From Halodesulfurarchaeum sp. (GTDB lineage: Archaea; Halobacteriota; Halobacteria; Halobacteriales; Halobacteriaceae): 64,000 nt of DNA. The translations under genes were made by a program, and so were the position numbers. This document shows, piece by piece, positions 40,558 through 50,753 of the stretch. Position 1 is the first letter of the stretch. Each line of letters starts with the position of its first letter. A model generated the notes under the pieces. The model was not told where the DNA came from, did no database searches, and was given only the letters and a program-made list of their open reading frames with translations. Where the stretch lies: NCBI GenBank assembly GCA_034520565.1, contig JAXHNL010000002.1, positions 160,001 through 224,000 on the forward strand, read 5' to 3'.

Positions 40558-41232
40558 ATGACAGACGAGGACTCAGCCGACGACCTCGACCCCATCATCG
40601 AGGACATTCAACAGGCGATCATCGACCTCGAGGAGGACAAAACGGCCGAACTGACCCAGAAGGCCATCGACATGGACATCAGTCCACTGATCATCCTCCA
40701 GGAGGGGCTGACCAACGGGGTCAGGACGGTCGGCGACAAGTTCGGCAGGGGGGAAGTCTTCCTGCCCGAACTGGCCATGTCCGCTGACTGTATGCGAGCA
40801 GGGGTCGACCTCGTCGAACCATTGTTGGACGAAATGGATCTCGCCGACGAGGACACGGCCGGGAAGGTCATCCTCGGGACCGTCGACGAGGACATCCACA
40901 ACATCGGGAAGAACATTCTGCTCACGATGCTGAAGGCAAACGGCTTCGACGTCATCGACCTCGGCGTCGAGATCCCCAACGAGGACTTCGTCCAGGCCGT
41001 CAAGGACGAGGAGCCCGACATTCTGGGCATGTCCGCACTCATGACCATGACGATGGACCACCAGGAAGAGGTCATCGAACTCCTCGAGGAAGAAGGCATT
41101 CGCGATCAGGTCAAGGTCATGGTCGGTGGCGCACCGACCTCCGAAGAGTGGCGGGACGAAATCGGTGCGGACGGCTACGCTGACAACGCCGACGCGGCCG
41201 TGGAAAAGGCGATCGAGCTGCTCACCAAGTAG
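40558..41232 (+). CDS. Methyltransferase cognate corrinoid protein (MtgC/MttC-like)
   Basis: B12 cap VGDKFGRGEVFLPEL, base-off/His-on motif EDIHNIGKN, SALMT and VMVGGAP. Confidence 0.93.
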   Translation: MTDEDSADDLDPIIEDIQQAIIDLEEDKTAELTQKAIDMDISPLIILQEGLTNGVRTVGDKFGRGEVFLPELAMSADCMRAGVDLVEPLLDEMDLADEDTAGKVILGTVDEDIHNIGKNILLTMLKANGFDVIDLGVEIPNEDFVQAVKDEEPDILGMSALMTMTMDHQEEVIELLEEEGIRDQVKVMVGGAPTSEEWRDEIGADGYADNADAAVEKAIELLTK

Positions 41233-41417
41233 CGCAATTCTTGACAGCGTCGACAGTTTTATTATAACCTATCAGTTGCAAAACCGCCGGAATGCAGCCG
41301 CGTCCCGAACCGATCGTTCGATCATGACGAAAAAAGAATAAATAATTTCATAAACCCCGAGTCGCATCGTTAGTGCGTATCGGACCCACAACCAACGGTT
41401 GGGTGACGATAACACAC

Positions 41418-43045
41418 ATGAGTACAGGAAACAAAGGTGCAATCGGCACGTTTATCGACGAACTGGACTGGGTAACGTATGGTGTCGGCCTCGGGGTATC
41501 GATCCTCGCGATCCTCGCGCTGATCCTCTCCCCGGAGGCTGCAAGACAATTCATCAACAACGCCTTCACCTGGATGACACAGCAGCTCGGGTGGGCCTAC
41601 CTGCTCGTGGGCTTTTCACTCGTGCTTTTCGCGCTCTTCCTGGTGTTGGGCCCGTGGGCGACATTCGTATCGGGAAACCCGACGAGGAGCCGGAACATTC
41701 GTTCAAATCCTACTTCGCGATGCTCTACTCGGCTGGCATCGCGGCCGGGATCGTGTTCTGGGGTCCGGCTGAAGCGATTTCCCACTACGAACTCTACGTC
41801 CCACCGGTTAACAGCCCGCTGGGCGGGGCCGAGGGAGGAACCCCGGCAGCCGCAGTCGACGCGATCACGTACACGTTCTTCCACTGGGGGATTTCGGCGT
41901 GGTCGTTCTACGTGCTGCTCGCGCTGCCCATCGCCTTCTTCGCCTACCGCTATGGCGCACCGATGCGGATTTCGACGGTGCTCGCCCCGTTCCTCGGAAC
42001 GGACAACCTCGATGGCGCGCTCCCGAAGGTGATCGACATCCTCGGCGTGTTCGCGACCATCGGCGGGATCGCCACCTCGCTCGGATTCGTCGGAGGCCAG
42101 TTCCTGGCCGGGCTGAATTACATCTTCGGCATCCCGACCACTGACGTCCTCACCATCGTGATGATTACCGGCTTGACGGCCTTCTTCACCATCTCGGCCG
42201 CACTCGGCGTGGAGAAGGGGATCAAGCGGGTCTCGAACTTCAACATGATGGTGTTCTTCTTCCTGATGATCGTGGTATTCGTCTTCGGCCCCACCGCCTA
42301 CATCCTCGACATCGGGGTCGAATCCATCGGTGCATACCTCAACAACTTCATCCAGGTGAGCACGTTCACCAACTCCGCCGGCGTCGATCCGACCGGGTTC
42401 GTGCCCCTCTGGACCGTCTTCTACTGGGCCTGGTGGTTCGCGTGGGCCCCGTTCGTCGGCCTGTTCATCGCCCGCATTTCGAGGGGTCGAACGGTCCGAC
42501 AGATGGTCGGGACCGGCGTCATCGCCTCGACCGGCGTCACCATCCCGTGGTTCGCCGCCCTCGGTGGCTCCTCGATCTGGATGGAGATCAACGACGTCGC
42601 ACCGATCGTCGACACCTACAACAACATCGGGTACGACGGCCTCGGCTACCCGCTGTTCGAAGCACTGCTGCCGGGCGTGCTGGGCGTGTTCCTCATGCTC
42701 GCGTTCCTGGTGCTCGTGACGACGTTCTTCGTCACCTCTGCTGACTCCTCGACGCTCGCGCTGGGCATGCTCACGACGGGTGGCAAACGGAAACCCTCGA
42801 CGATCAACCGCACCATCTGGGGCGTCACGATGGGTGCCCTCGCGTCGCTGCTCCTCGTCTTCGGTGGGGCAAACGCGTTGCAGACCGCCTCCGTGTTGAC
42901 CGGTGGTCCATTCGCACTCGTCCTGATCCTCGCCGTCTGGGCGACGATCCGGACCTTCCGACAGGTCGAGCCCGTGTTCCTCACCGAGAAGGAACGCGAC
43001 GAAAGCGCAAGGGAGATCGACCCGAGCGGCGGTCTGGACGACTGA
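41418..43045 (+). CDS. BCCT-family (betaine/choline/carnitine) transporter, frameshift near 41656
   Basis: FFHWGISAW, the WTVFYWAWWFAWAPFVGLFIARISRGRT signature and FFVTSADS. The N-terminus is in ORF 41373..42032; one missing G in tgggcgac separates the two parts. Confidence 0.9.
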
Positions 43046-43062
43046 TCGGCCGAAAATAATTC

Positions 43063-43083
43063 GGATTTTTTCTTCCGTTTTTC
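43063..43083 (+). terminator. T-rich archaeal terminator candidate after the BCCT gene
   Basis: gattttttttcttccgttttt-like oligo-T tract between convergent genes. Confidence 0.4.
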
Positions 43084-43119
43084 CCCGCCGAGCGACGGCA
43101 CCGGCGACGGAGCAAACAG

Positions 43120-45522
43120 TTAGGCCCGGTCGACGCCGCCGCTCGTCCGCACGGCTGCCAGGTTTTCCGCCACGTCGTGAACGCGGAGCGCTGCTGCCCC
43201 TCGCTCTGCGGCCATGGCGGAGGCGACGACCGTCGGAAGCAGCCGGTCCCCGTCCCCGTAGCCGATCCCGGCAAAGAGGGACTTTTGGGAATGGGCGAAG
43301 AGCACGGGCAGCCCCAGGCCCGTCAGTTCGTACAGCCGATCGAGCAACTCGAAGTTCTCCGCGGGCGTCTTGCCGAAGCCGATCCCCGGATCGGCGACGA
43401 TCTGCTCGCGGTCAATGCCAGCCCGCTCGGCCAGCCGAACCCGCTCGTTGAGATCGCTGATGACGTCTGCGACCACGTCGTCGTAGGGAACCTCGGCGTC
43501 GGGGTCGACTGGCGTATTGATGCTGTGCATCAAGATGACCGGCACGTCGTACTCGGCGACGACGGCACGCATCTCGGGGTCTTCGAGACCGTCCTGGTCG
43601 TTGATGATGTCCGCGCCGGCTTCGATCGCGGCTTCGGCGACCTCGGCCTTGCGGGTGTCGACCGAGATGGGCACGTCGAGCTCCTGCAGGGCCTCGAGCA
43701 CCGGCACGATCCGATCGATCTCCTGTTGAATTTCGACCGGGTCGGCCCCGGGCCGGGTGCTCTCGCCGCCGACGTCGAGGACATCCGCTCCCTCCGCAAC
43801 GAGCTGCCGGGCCCGCTCGAGGGCCTGTTCGACAGTGTCGTACTCCCCGCCGTCGTGGAACGAATCGGGCGTGATGTTGAGAATGCCGAGCAGGGCCGGC
43901 GTTCGCCCCGTTTCGACCGGCAGTTCCGTGGAGTGGGGCTCGAGTGCCGCCCGAACGTCGTTCGGAAGTGTCGGACAGCCCGTTCGTGAGTCGACTCGCT
44001 CCAGGAACCGCTCGAAGGTCGCTCGGGTGCCCGAAAGGAGAACGTCCACGAATCGGGCCACGTCAACGAGCGCCGAGACCTGACACTCCCCGCCGACCCG
44101 GAGCATCTCCTTTTGGACCATGCGCGCACACGGCCGGGGAAGACGGGTCCGGAGCGTGACGTGTCGCCGCGAATCGGGGTCTGACGGGTCCGCTGCCACG
44201 TCGAGTTCGGCGACTGGCGACGTCCCGTCGGCCTCGCTGGCCAGCTTCACATCGGTCGGAACGACCGTTCGGGTCCATCGCTGTCTGGCTTCCGAGACCG
44301 TGTAGAGCGAGCCGGCGACGACGACCAGATCGTCGGGGCCAGCCAGGTCGATGGCTCGGTCAACGCTCTCGAGCACGGACGGAACGGGCGTGGCGTCCAC
44401 CCCGACCGCCTCGAAACCCTTCGCAAGTACCTGCTCGTCTTCGGCGCGTTTCGTGTCCGGGCGACAGGTGAAGACCTGATCGGGGCGGGGGAGGGCCTCG
44501 ATCATCGCCCCCTGATCCTTGTCGTGCATGGCCCCGAAGACGAGATAGAGGTCCGCGTACTCGAGATCCGAGATCACGCGTCCCAGCTGTTCGCTCGCGT
44601 CCGGGTTGTGTGCGCCGTCGAGCAGCACCGTCGGGTTCCGTTCCATCACGTCGAACCGGCCCGGCCACTCGGCCTTCCGGAGCCCGCGGGCGATCGTGTC
44701 CCCATCGACGGTGGTGACCTGACTGGCCAGTGCGACGGCCACGCCGGCGTTGAGGGCTTGATGGCGACCGGGTTGTGGGATCTGTGCCACGAGTTCGATG
44801 CCGACACCCCGGATCGAAACCGTCTGTGCATCGACTCCGTCCCGCTCGAGCGATTCGACCACCACGTCGGTCCCCTCGGTCCCGACCGTCAGCAGCTCGC
44901 TCCGCTCCCGGAGGGTCTCGAAGACGTTCTCGGCCGCCGTGACGAGTGGGCCGTCGTCTGGAGCGACGTGGACCTTATCGCGAGCGATCTCCTCGACGGT
45001 GTCCCCGAGGACGTCGGTATGTTCGAGTGAGACGTTCGTGACACAACTCGCAACCGGCGAGACCACGCTCGTCGCGTCGTACTTGCCGCCGATGCCGACC
45101 TCGAGGATGGCCACGTCGACGTCCCGGCGGTCGAAGTACCAGATAGCGAGGGCGGTCGTCGCCTCGAAGTGCGTGAGCGGTTCGTCGCGAGCGGCCCCGC
45201 TGTCGATCCCGTCGCGGTAGGTTTCGACGAACTCGGTCACGGCCGATTTCGGGATCTTCCGCCCGTTGACCTGGATACGCTCTCTGAACTCGTCGAGTTC
45301 GGGCGAGGTGTAGAGCCCGACGTCGAGGCCGGCCTCACGCAAGATCGAATCGAGCATCCGCGCCGTGCTCCCCTTCCCGTTCGACCCCGCGACCTGGACG
45401 AAGTCCGTGCCCGTGTGAGGCGAACCGGCGCCCTCGAGAAAGTTCCGCGTGGCATCGGTCCCGAGCTGGGTTCGGAACCGTCGCAAGCCGAGGAGGTACG
45501 TCGCCGCCTCGCTGTAGTGCAT
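43120..45522 (-). CDS. folCP: FolC-FolP fusion (folylpolyglutamate synthase / dihydropteroate synthase with linker)
   Basis: VAGSNGKGS, EVGIGGKYDAT, WPGRF and DGAHN, then GILNITPDSFHDGG, GGESTRPG, DPGIGFGK and LRVHDV. Confidence 0.93.
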   Translation of the reverse strand: MHYSEAATYLLGLRRFRTQLGTDATRNFLEGAGSPHTGTDFVQVAGSNGKGSTARMLDSILREAGLDVGLYTSPELDEFRERIQVNGRKIPKSAVTEFVETYRDGIDSGAARDEPLTHFEATTALAIWYFDRRDVDVAILEVGIGGKYDATSVVSPVASCVTNVSLEHTDVLGDTVEEIARDKVHVAPDDGPLVTAAENVFETLRERSELLTVGTEGTDVVVESLERDGVDAQTVSIRGVGIELVAQIPQPGRHQALNAGVAVALASQVTTVDGDTIARGLRKAEWPGRFDVMERNPTVLLDGAHNPDASEQLGRVISDLEYADLYLVFGAMHDKDQGAMIEALPRPDQVFTCRPDTKRAEDEQVLAKGFEAVGVDATPVPSVLESVDRAIDLAGPDDLVVVAGSLYTVSEARQRWTRTVVPTDVKLASEADGTSPVAELDVAADPSDPDSRRHVTLRTRLPRPCARMVQKEMLRVGGECQVSALVDVARFVDVLLSGTRATFERFLERVDSRTGCPTLPNDVRAALEPHSTELPVETGRTPALLGILNITPDSFHDGGEYDTVEQALERARQLVAEGADVLDVGGESTRPGADPVEIQQEIDRIVPVLEALQELDVPISVDTRKAEVAEAAIEAGADIINDQDGLEDPEMRAVVAEYDVPVILMHSINTPVDPDAEVPYDDVVADVISDLNERVRLAERAGIDREQIVADPGIGFGKTPAENFELLDRLYELTGLGLPVLFAHSQKSLFAGIGYGDGDRLLPTVVASAMAAERGAAALRVHDVAENLAAVRTSGGVDRA

Positions 45523-45640
45523 GTTCCGGATTTGGAGAACCGGTCGCTTTAACGTACCGGAGACGGCGATCCACAGATCGACCCCGGTGTCGTTCGCAAA
45601 CCGGAACAGGCTTAACCCGACTCCGGACTGCAGGTCTCCC

Positions 45641-46375
45641 ATGGCGGTGGCCATCATCACGGTCGGGGACGAACTCCTGGCCGGGGAAACCGAGAACACC
45701 AACGCGACGTGGCTGGCCCGCCGGATCACCGACCGCGGTGGGGACGTCCGTGAGATCCTGACCGTCGGCGACGATCGGGCCACGATCGCCTCGCGGGTCG
45801 AATCGCGGGAATCGCAATTCGACCGGGTGATCGTCACCGGCGGGCTCGGCGGGACCCCGGACGACCTGACCATGGCGGCCGTGGCAGACGCGCTCGACCG
45901 AGATCTCGAGGTCGACCCGGAGGTCCACGAGGCCGCCCGGGCGTCCTCGGAAGCCTTCGTCGAGGCCCATCCCGATCTGGCCGAGAAATACGAGCTGGGC
46001 CTGGACGCCGCGCGCGTCGCCGAAACGATCGCGGGCGGGCGGATCATCGAAAACCCGGAGGGACTCGCGAACGGCTGTGTCGCTGATGGCGTGTATGTCC
46101 TGCCGGGCGTTCCGAGCGAGTTGCGAGCCACGTTCGAACAGGTCGCCGGGGAATTCGCCGGCGAGAAACGCGTGGAGACGCGGTTCACGGACGCCCCGGA
46201 AGGCGTGCTGGGACGGCACATCGCCGACCTCGAGTCGCGATTTGCCGTACGGGCCGGGAGCTACCCGGGTGAGCGAACGGATCGCAACCGGGTCCGCGTA
46301 ATCGGCGACGATGCCGAATCCGTGACGGCCGCCCTCGACTGGCTGGGGGAACGGGTGGCTCTCGAACGAGAATAG
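45641..46375 (+). CDS. CinA-like molybdopterin-binding domain protein
   Basis: ITVGDELLAG..NTNATWL, VTGGLGGTPDDLT and LPGVPSEL. Confidence 0.85.
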   Translation: MAVAIITVGDELLAGETENTNATWLARRITDRGGDVREILTVGDDRATIASRVESRESQFDRVIVTGGLGGTPDDLTMAAVADALDRDLEVDPEVHEAARASSEAFVEAHPDLAEKYELGLDAARVAETIAGGRIIENPEGLANGCVADGVYVLPGVPSELRATFEQVAGEFAGEKRVETRFTDAPEGVLGRHIADLESRFAVRAGSYPGERTDRNRVRVIGDDAESVTAALDWLGERVALERE

Positions 46376-46425
46376 GGCGGGAGTTCGCGTCGGACCTCCT
46401 CTGGCGAGGGTTCCGTTCGACCGGG

Positions 46426-46719
46426 TTACACGTCCTCGCCCCAGGCCTCGTGGGTTTTGATCTCCTCCTGAATGGGTTCGAGGTCCGCCTCGCCGTCGAT
46501 CCCGAGGAAGTTCAGGACGTCCTGGCGGGTCTGCCGGTCGACCGTCTCGACGTCGCCCCCTTCGACCAGTTTAAACGACGGTTTTGTTCGCCCGCCGAGC
46601 AGATTCGAGACTTCCGCGTCCTCGTCGACGACCGGGACGGTTTCGGTCCGGGCCAGCAGTTCGATGGTTTCGGCCCGACCCGCGTCCATCGCTTCGCGGA
46701 GTTCGCTTTGCACCACCAT
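46426..46719 (-). CDS. Small acidic hypothetical protein, tandem paralog A (97 aa)
   Basis: 65/97 residues identical (hand count, ungapped) to the neighbouring ORF 46820..47113. Confidence 0.75.
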   Translation of the reverse strand: MVVQSELREAMDAGRAETIELLARTETVPVVDEDAEVSNLLGGRTKPSFKLVEGGDVETVDRQTRQDVLNFLGIDGEADLEPIQEEIKTHEAWGEDV

Positions 46720-46819
46720 GGTCCACCCGTACCTACCGGTTCGATGATAGTAAAATTTCACCCCCGTTCGGTTCTCGCTCGGTTCGTGGGAACGACCGGG
46801 TCAAACCCGACTCGCCGAA

Positions 46820-47113
46820 CTACGCCAGTTCGCCCCAGGCGTCGTGGTTTTTGATCGCCTCTTGCACCGGTTCGAGGTCGTCCTCGTCGTCGACGCCGAG
46901 GACCTCGAGGACTTCCTGTCGTGTTTGCCGATCCGTCGTTTCCACGTCGCCCGGTTCGCTCAGTTTGAACTCGGTGTTCGTCCGCCCACCGAGAAGGCTC
47001 GACACCTCCACGTCCTCGTCGACTTTCGGTACGGCTCGGTACTGGGCGAGCACTTCGATCAACGCGTCGCGGCCGCGTTCCATCGCCTCCCGGAGTTCGT
47101 TTTGGACGACCAT
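46820..47113 (-). CDS. Small acidic hypothetical protein, tandem paralog B (97 aa)
   Basis: Shares LLGGRT, DRQTRQ and H.AWGE motifs with paralog A. Confidence 0.75.
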   Translation of the reverse strand: MVVQNELREAMERGRDALIEVLAQYRAVPKVDEDVEVSSLLGGRTNTEFKLSEPGDVETTDRQTRQEVLEVLGVDDEDDLEPVQEAIKNHDAWGELA

Positions 47114-47350
47114 GATCCATTCGAAAATACCGGTCGCATGATATTAATATGCGCTACGTTTCGGGGGTCGTAGGAATCGACCCCTGTAGCCGCTGAACGC
47201 CAGATTTGTGGCGGTTTCACTGCGTGCGTGACCGTCACTAATCACGTGCTCGCACCGATCGTCCCGGTCGAAGGACGCGGTTTGCCGGCCGAAGCACAAT
47301 TTCGATTGGAGTAGACAAATATAAGTTTCACAGTCCGGTTTGTCGAGGTA

Positions 47351-48406
47351 ATGCGTTACACACGACAACTGCTCGCCGTGGCACTCGCGCTGTTAGTCCT
47401 GACAACCGGGGCCGTCGGCGTCATGGGCACGGTAACCGCACAGGAGGAGACGACAACCGAATCGTTTCCGCTCACCGTGACTGACGCGACGGGCGAGGAG
47501 ATGACGATCGAGGAGCCACCCGAGCGGGTGGTGACCCTCGCACCGAGCGCGGCCCAGACCATGTACGAGATCGGCGCCCAGGACAAGGTCGTCGGGATCT
47601 CCGACCGGGGAACGTATCTCGACTGGGACGAGGAGAAGGCCATTATCTCGAGTGGCGGCACCGTGAACACGGAGAAGATCGTCAACCAGACCCCCGATCT
47701 GGTGCTCGCCCCGGACATCATCGGCGATGACAAGGTCGAGCAGCTCCGGAGTGCTGGCCTCACCGTCTACAACTTCGCGGGCGCGACCTCGATGGACCAC
47801 GTCGTGGAGAAGACCCGGCTGACGGGCCAGCTCGTCGGCGCGAGTGACGGCGCGAACGCCCGTGCCGACGAGATGGCGGAATCACTCGAGATCGTCCGCA
47901 CGGCCGTCGAGGGTGAGGAGCGTCCGACCGCACTCTACCTGCTCGGTGGCGGGTTCACGGCCGGTGACGAGACCTTCATCAACAGCGTCATCGAGACCGC
48001 AGGCGGCACGAACATCGCCGCGAAGCACTTTGCCGGCTACTCGATTATCAGCGAGGAGGTCGTCGCCAACGAGAGTCCCGAGTACCTCCTCGTGAGCAAC
48101 GAAGCGCCCGAGATGGTCCCGAAGACAGACGCGTATAACGGCACCCACGCCGTGCAGAACGACCAGATCATCGGAATCGACGCGAACTACCTGAACCAGC
48201 CCGCGCCGCGGACCGTCCAGGTCGTCGAGGACCTGGCGAGCACGTGGCATCCCGACGCCTACGAGTCCGCCGTCGAGAGCTTCGCCGAGGAGACGACCGA
48301 GAGCGCGGCCACGACCGCCGTGACCACGGAGACCGAAGCGCCCGGCTTCGGCCCGATCGTCGCCCTGCTCGCGATCGTCGGGGCGGCGTTCCGGCTTCGA
48401 GAGTGA
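47351..48406 (+). CDS. btuF: PGF-CTERM-anchored BtuF-like corrinoid-binding protein
   Basis: Signal peptide, PERVVTLAPSAAQ, PDLVLA, LNQPAPR and C-terminal Thr-rich linker plus APGFGPIVALLAIVG. Directly precedes the cob genes. Confidence 0.8.
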   Translation: MRYTRQLLAVALALLVLTTGAVGVMGTVTAQEETTTESFPLTVTDATGEEMTIEEPPERVVTLAPSAAQTMYEIGAQDKVVGISDRGTYLDWDEEKAIISSGGTVNTEKIVNQTPDLVLAPDIIGDDKVEQLRSAGLTVYNFAGATSMDHVVEKTRLTGQLVGASDGANARADEMAESLEIVRTAVEGEERPTALYLLGGGFTAGDETFINSVIETAGGTNIAAKHFAGYSIISEEVVANESPEYLLVSNEAPEMVPKTDAYNGTHAVQNDQIIGIDANYLNQPAPRTVQVVEDLASTWHPDAYESAVESFAEETTESAATTAVTTETEAPGFGPIVALLAIVGAAFRLRE

Positions 48407-48481
48407 GGTGGTGACCGCACCCCTCGCGGGACCACCGGACCGACCGACTGATATCCCACGCGCCGAAAACGCGAGGACGAC

Positions 48482-49468
48482 ATGGCAGCGATAGCCTCCC
48501 TGGCGGTCGCCGTCGCCTTCCTGCTCGATGCCACCGTCGGGGAGCCGCCCGAATCGGTCCATCCGGTCGCCAAACTCGGCGCGGCGATCGCCGTCCTCGA
48601 TCATCCCGGCCCGGCACCCCACCTCTATGGGGCGACTGTCGCGCTCGTCGTTCCCCTCCTCGCGGCGGGTCTCGCGGCACTTCCCGTCTGGCTCCTTGCG
48701 CCCGGCTACCCTGTTCTGGCCGGGGTGCTGGCCGGGACAATCCTCTTTACGACCGTGAGCCTCGACATGCTCACGGAGCTCTCGAGTACCGTGATCGGTG
48801 AAACTGATGCCGACCTCGAGCGCGCGAAAACCGACGTCGTGGGACTCGTCGGGCGTGACACCGCTGACCTCTCCGCAGCCGAGGTCCGAAGTGCCGCGGT
48901 CGAAAGTCTCGCGGAGAACCTCGCGGACGGGCTCGTCGGCCCGCTGCTGGCGTTCGCGTTCGGCAGCTTCGTCTCGCTCCCGGTCGCCGTCGGGGCCGCC
49001 GCGTGGGTCAAGGCAGTCAACACGCTCGATTCGATGCTCGGCTACCGCGATCGACCCCACGGCACCGCCAGTGCCCGTCTCGACGACGTGGTCGAGTGGC
49101 TTCCGGCACGGCTGAGCGCGGGCCTCATTGCCAGTGCCGCCCTCGACCCATCAGCACTCACGACCGCCCGGACCTGGGCCCACGAGCCAGCCTCACCGAA
49201 CTCGGGCTGGCCGATGGCGACGATGGCCACAGCAATCGGCGTCAGGCTGCACAAATCCGACCAGTACGATCTCAACCCGACCGCCCGACTGCCGACCGTC
49301 GCGGACGCTCGAGGGGCCATTACGGTCGGACACCGGGCCGGGCTGCTGGCGTTCGCCCTCGCGGCCGGAATCGCCTGGATCGGGGGCAACGCCGGCTTGC
49401 TGGCAGGCGGGGTCGGCTGGGCCGGCGACCTGCTTTCCCTCCGTGGCGGGGTGATCGAATGGTTCTGA
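48482..49468 (+). CDS. cbiB: Adenosylcobinamide-phosphate synthase
   Basis: GEPP..HPV, LVGRDT, ESLAENLADG, KAVNTLDSMLGY and SPNSGWPMA. Confidence 0.93.
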   Translation: MAAIASLAVAVAFLLDATVGEPPESVHPVAKLGAAIAVLDHPGPAPHLYGATVALVVPLLAAGLAALPVWLLAPGYPVLAGVLAGTILFTTVSLDMLTELSSTVIGETDADLERAKTDVVGLVGRDTADLSAAEVRSAAVESLAENLADGLVGPLLAFAFGSFVSLPVAVGAAAWVKAVNTLDSMLGYRDRPHGTASARLDDVVEWLPARLSAGLIASAALDPSALTTARTWAHEPASPNSGWPMATMATAIGVRLHKSDQYDLNPTARLPTVADARGAITVGHRAGLLAFALAAGIAWIGGNAGLLAGGVGWAGDLLSLRGGVIEWF

Positions 49469-50202
49469 GTGCCGTCCGGGGTGCGCTCGGTTTCCTGACG
49501 ACACTTCCCGTGGGCCACTCCACGGCCGCCTGGGAGGCCTTCGCCGACCGGCCGGCAGTCATGGTCAGTGTCGGCTATGTCCTCGGGGGCCTGCTCACGC
49601 TACCGCTCTTCCTCCCAGTCCCCGAAACGATCGCGGGCTTCGGATTCGTGCTGGGGATCGCGGTCTTCGCCGGCATCAACAACTTCGACGGGCTGCTGGA
49701 CGTCGCGGACGGTGTCGCGACCCACGGAGACCCGACCGAGGCTCGATCGGCGATGAAAGACAGCGCGATCGGAGTCGGTGCCGTCCTCGCCCTGGGAATA
49801 CTCCTGCTCGGCCTGTTCGCGGTGGGGTCCACGCTCGCCGGTGGATCGCCGCGAGTGGTGAGCGTCGTCGTCGCGGCCGAAGTCGGGGCGAAGCTGGGCA
49901 TGGTCGGCGTCCTGGCGCGCGGGACTGCCAGCCACGAGGGACTGGGATCCGCGCTTTCGACCAGCGCCGGTCCCTGGACCCTTCCCCTGGGTGTGCTCCT
50001 CGCACTCCCGGCGGCGATCCTGACGGTGCCCCATCCCGCCGCGGCGATCACCGTCGCGGTGGGACTCGGAACGGGGCTGGTGATCCAGCGCTGGGCGCGA
50101 GATCGGCTCGGGGGCATCAACGGCGACGTGCTGGGCGCGACGAACGAGGTGGCCCGGCTGGCTGCGCTCCTCGCGGGGGTGATCGCGTGGACGCTCTGGT
50201 GA
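49459..50202 (+). CDS. cobS: Cobalamin synthase (adenosylcobinamide-GDP ribazoletransferase)
   Basis: GFLTTLP, DGLLDVADG, MKDSAIG and GGINGDVLGATNE. Confidence 0.9.
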   Translation: MVLSAVRGALGFLTTLPVGHSTAAWEAFADRPAVMVSVGYVLGGLLTLPLFLPVPETIAGFGFVLGIAVFAGINNFDGLLDVADGVATHGDPTEARSAMKDSAIGVGAVLALGILLLGLFAVGSTLAGGSPRVVSVVVAAEVGAKLGMVGVLARGTASHEGLGSALSTSAGPWTLPLGVLLALPAAILTVPHPAAAITVAVGLGTGLVIQRWARDRLGGINGDVLGATNEVARLAALLAGVIAWTLW

Positions 50203-50753
50203 TGTGTGGTGGACGCGGTTCCAGACTCGAGTTCGACGGCGAGAAGCCGCTCTACGAGATCGGCGGGATCCCAATGATCGACCGCGTCATCGACGCGCTG
50301 CGGGCGAGTGGAATCGGGGAGATTCACGCAGTCGGTTCTCCACACGTCCCCGAAACCATGGCCCACGTCGACGTGCCCACGATCGAGGGACCGGGTGAAG
50401 GCTACGTCGCTGATCTTCTCGTTGCCCTCGAATCCGTCCCAAAGCCGGTCCTGACCGTCGGGGCCGACTTGCCCCTGCTCGACGGCCCGGCCATCGATTG
50501 GGTCCTCGACGGCTACGAAACTGGCTCGGCGATGGTGGCGGTCCCGGCGGCCCGCAAGACCGAAATCGGCGTCTCGATCGACGAAACGGCAGCACACGAC
50601 GGCGAACGCGTCGTCCCGAGCGGCGTCAACGTCGTCGGCGACCCGGAACCCGAACAGACACTCATGACGACCGATACACGATTCGCGGTGAACGTGAACC
50701 GACAGAGAGACGCGATGATCGCGGCCCACCTGGTGAGTTCGGATGGATCGTGA
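50187..50753 (+). CDS. cobY: Adenosylcobinamide-phosphate guanylyltransferase
   Basis: MCGGRGSRL...EKPL, GYVADL and NVN, plus position in the operon. Confidence 0.87.
   Translation: MDALVMCGGRGSRLEFDGEKPLYEIGGIPMIDRVIDALRASGIGEIHAVGSPHVPETMAHVDVPTIEGPGEGYVADLLVALESVPKPVLTVGADLPLLDGPAIDWVLDGYETGSAMVAVPAARKTEIGVSIDETAAHDGERVVPSGVNVVGDPEPEQTLMTTDTRFAVNVNRQRDAMIAAHLVSSDGS

Noticed and set aside
47150-47350. Cobalamin riboswitch upstream of btuF (hairpin ggggtcg-taggaat-cgacccc at about 47164-47184)
   Set aside because: The hairpin is real, but I could not find the conserved B12-box elements, and a TATA-like element close to the ATG suggests a short leader. An Rfam/Infernal scan would settle it.
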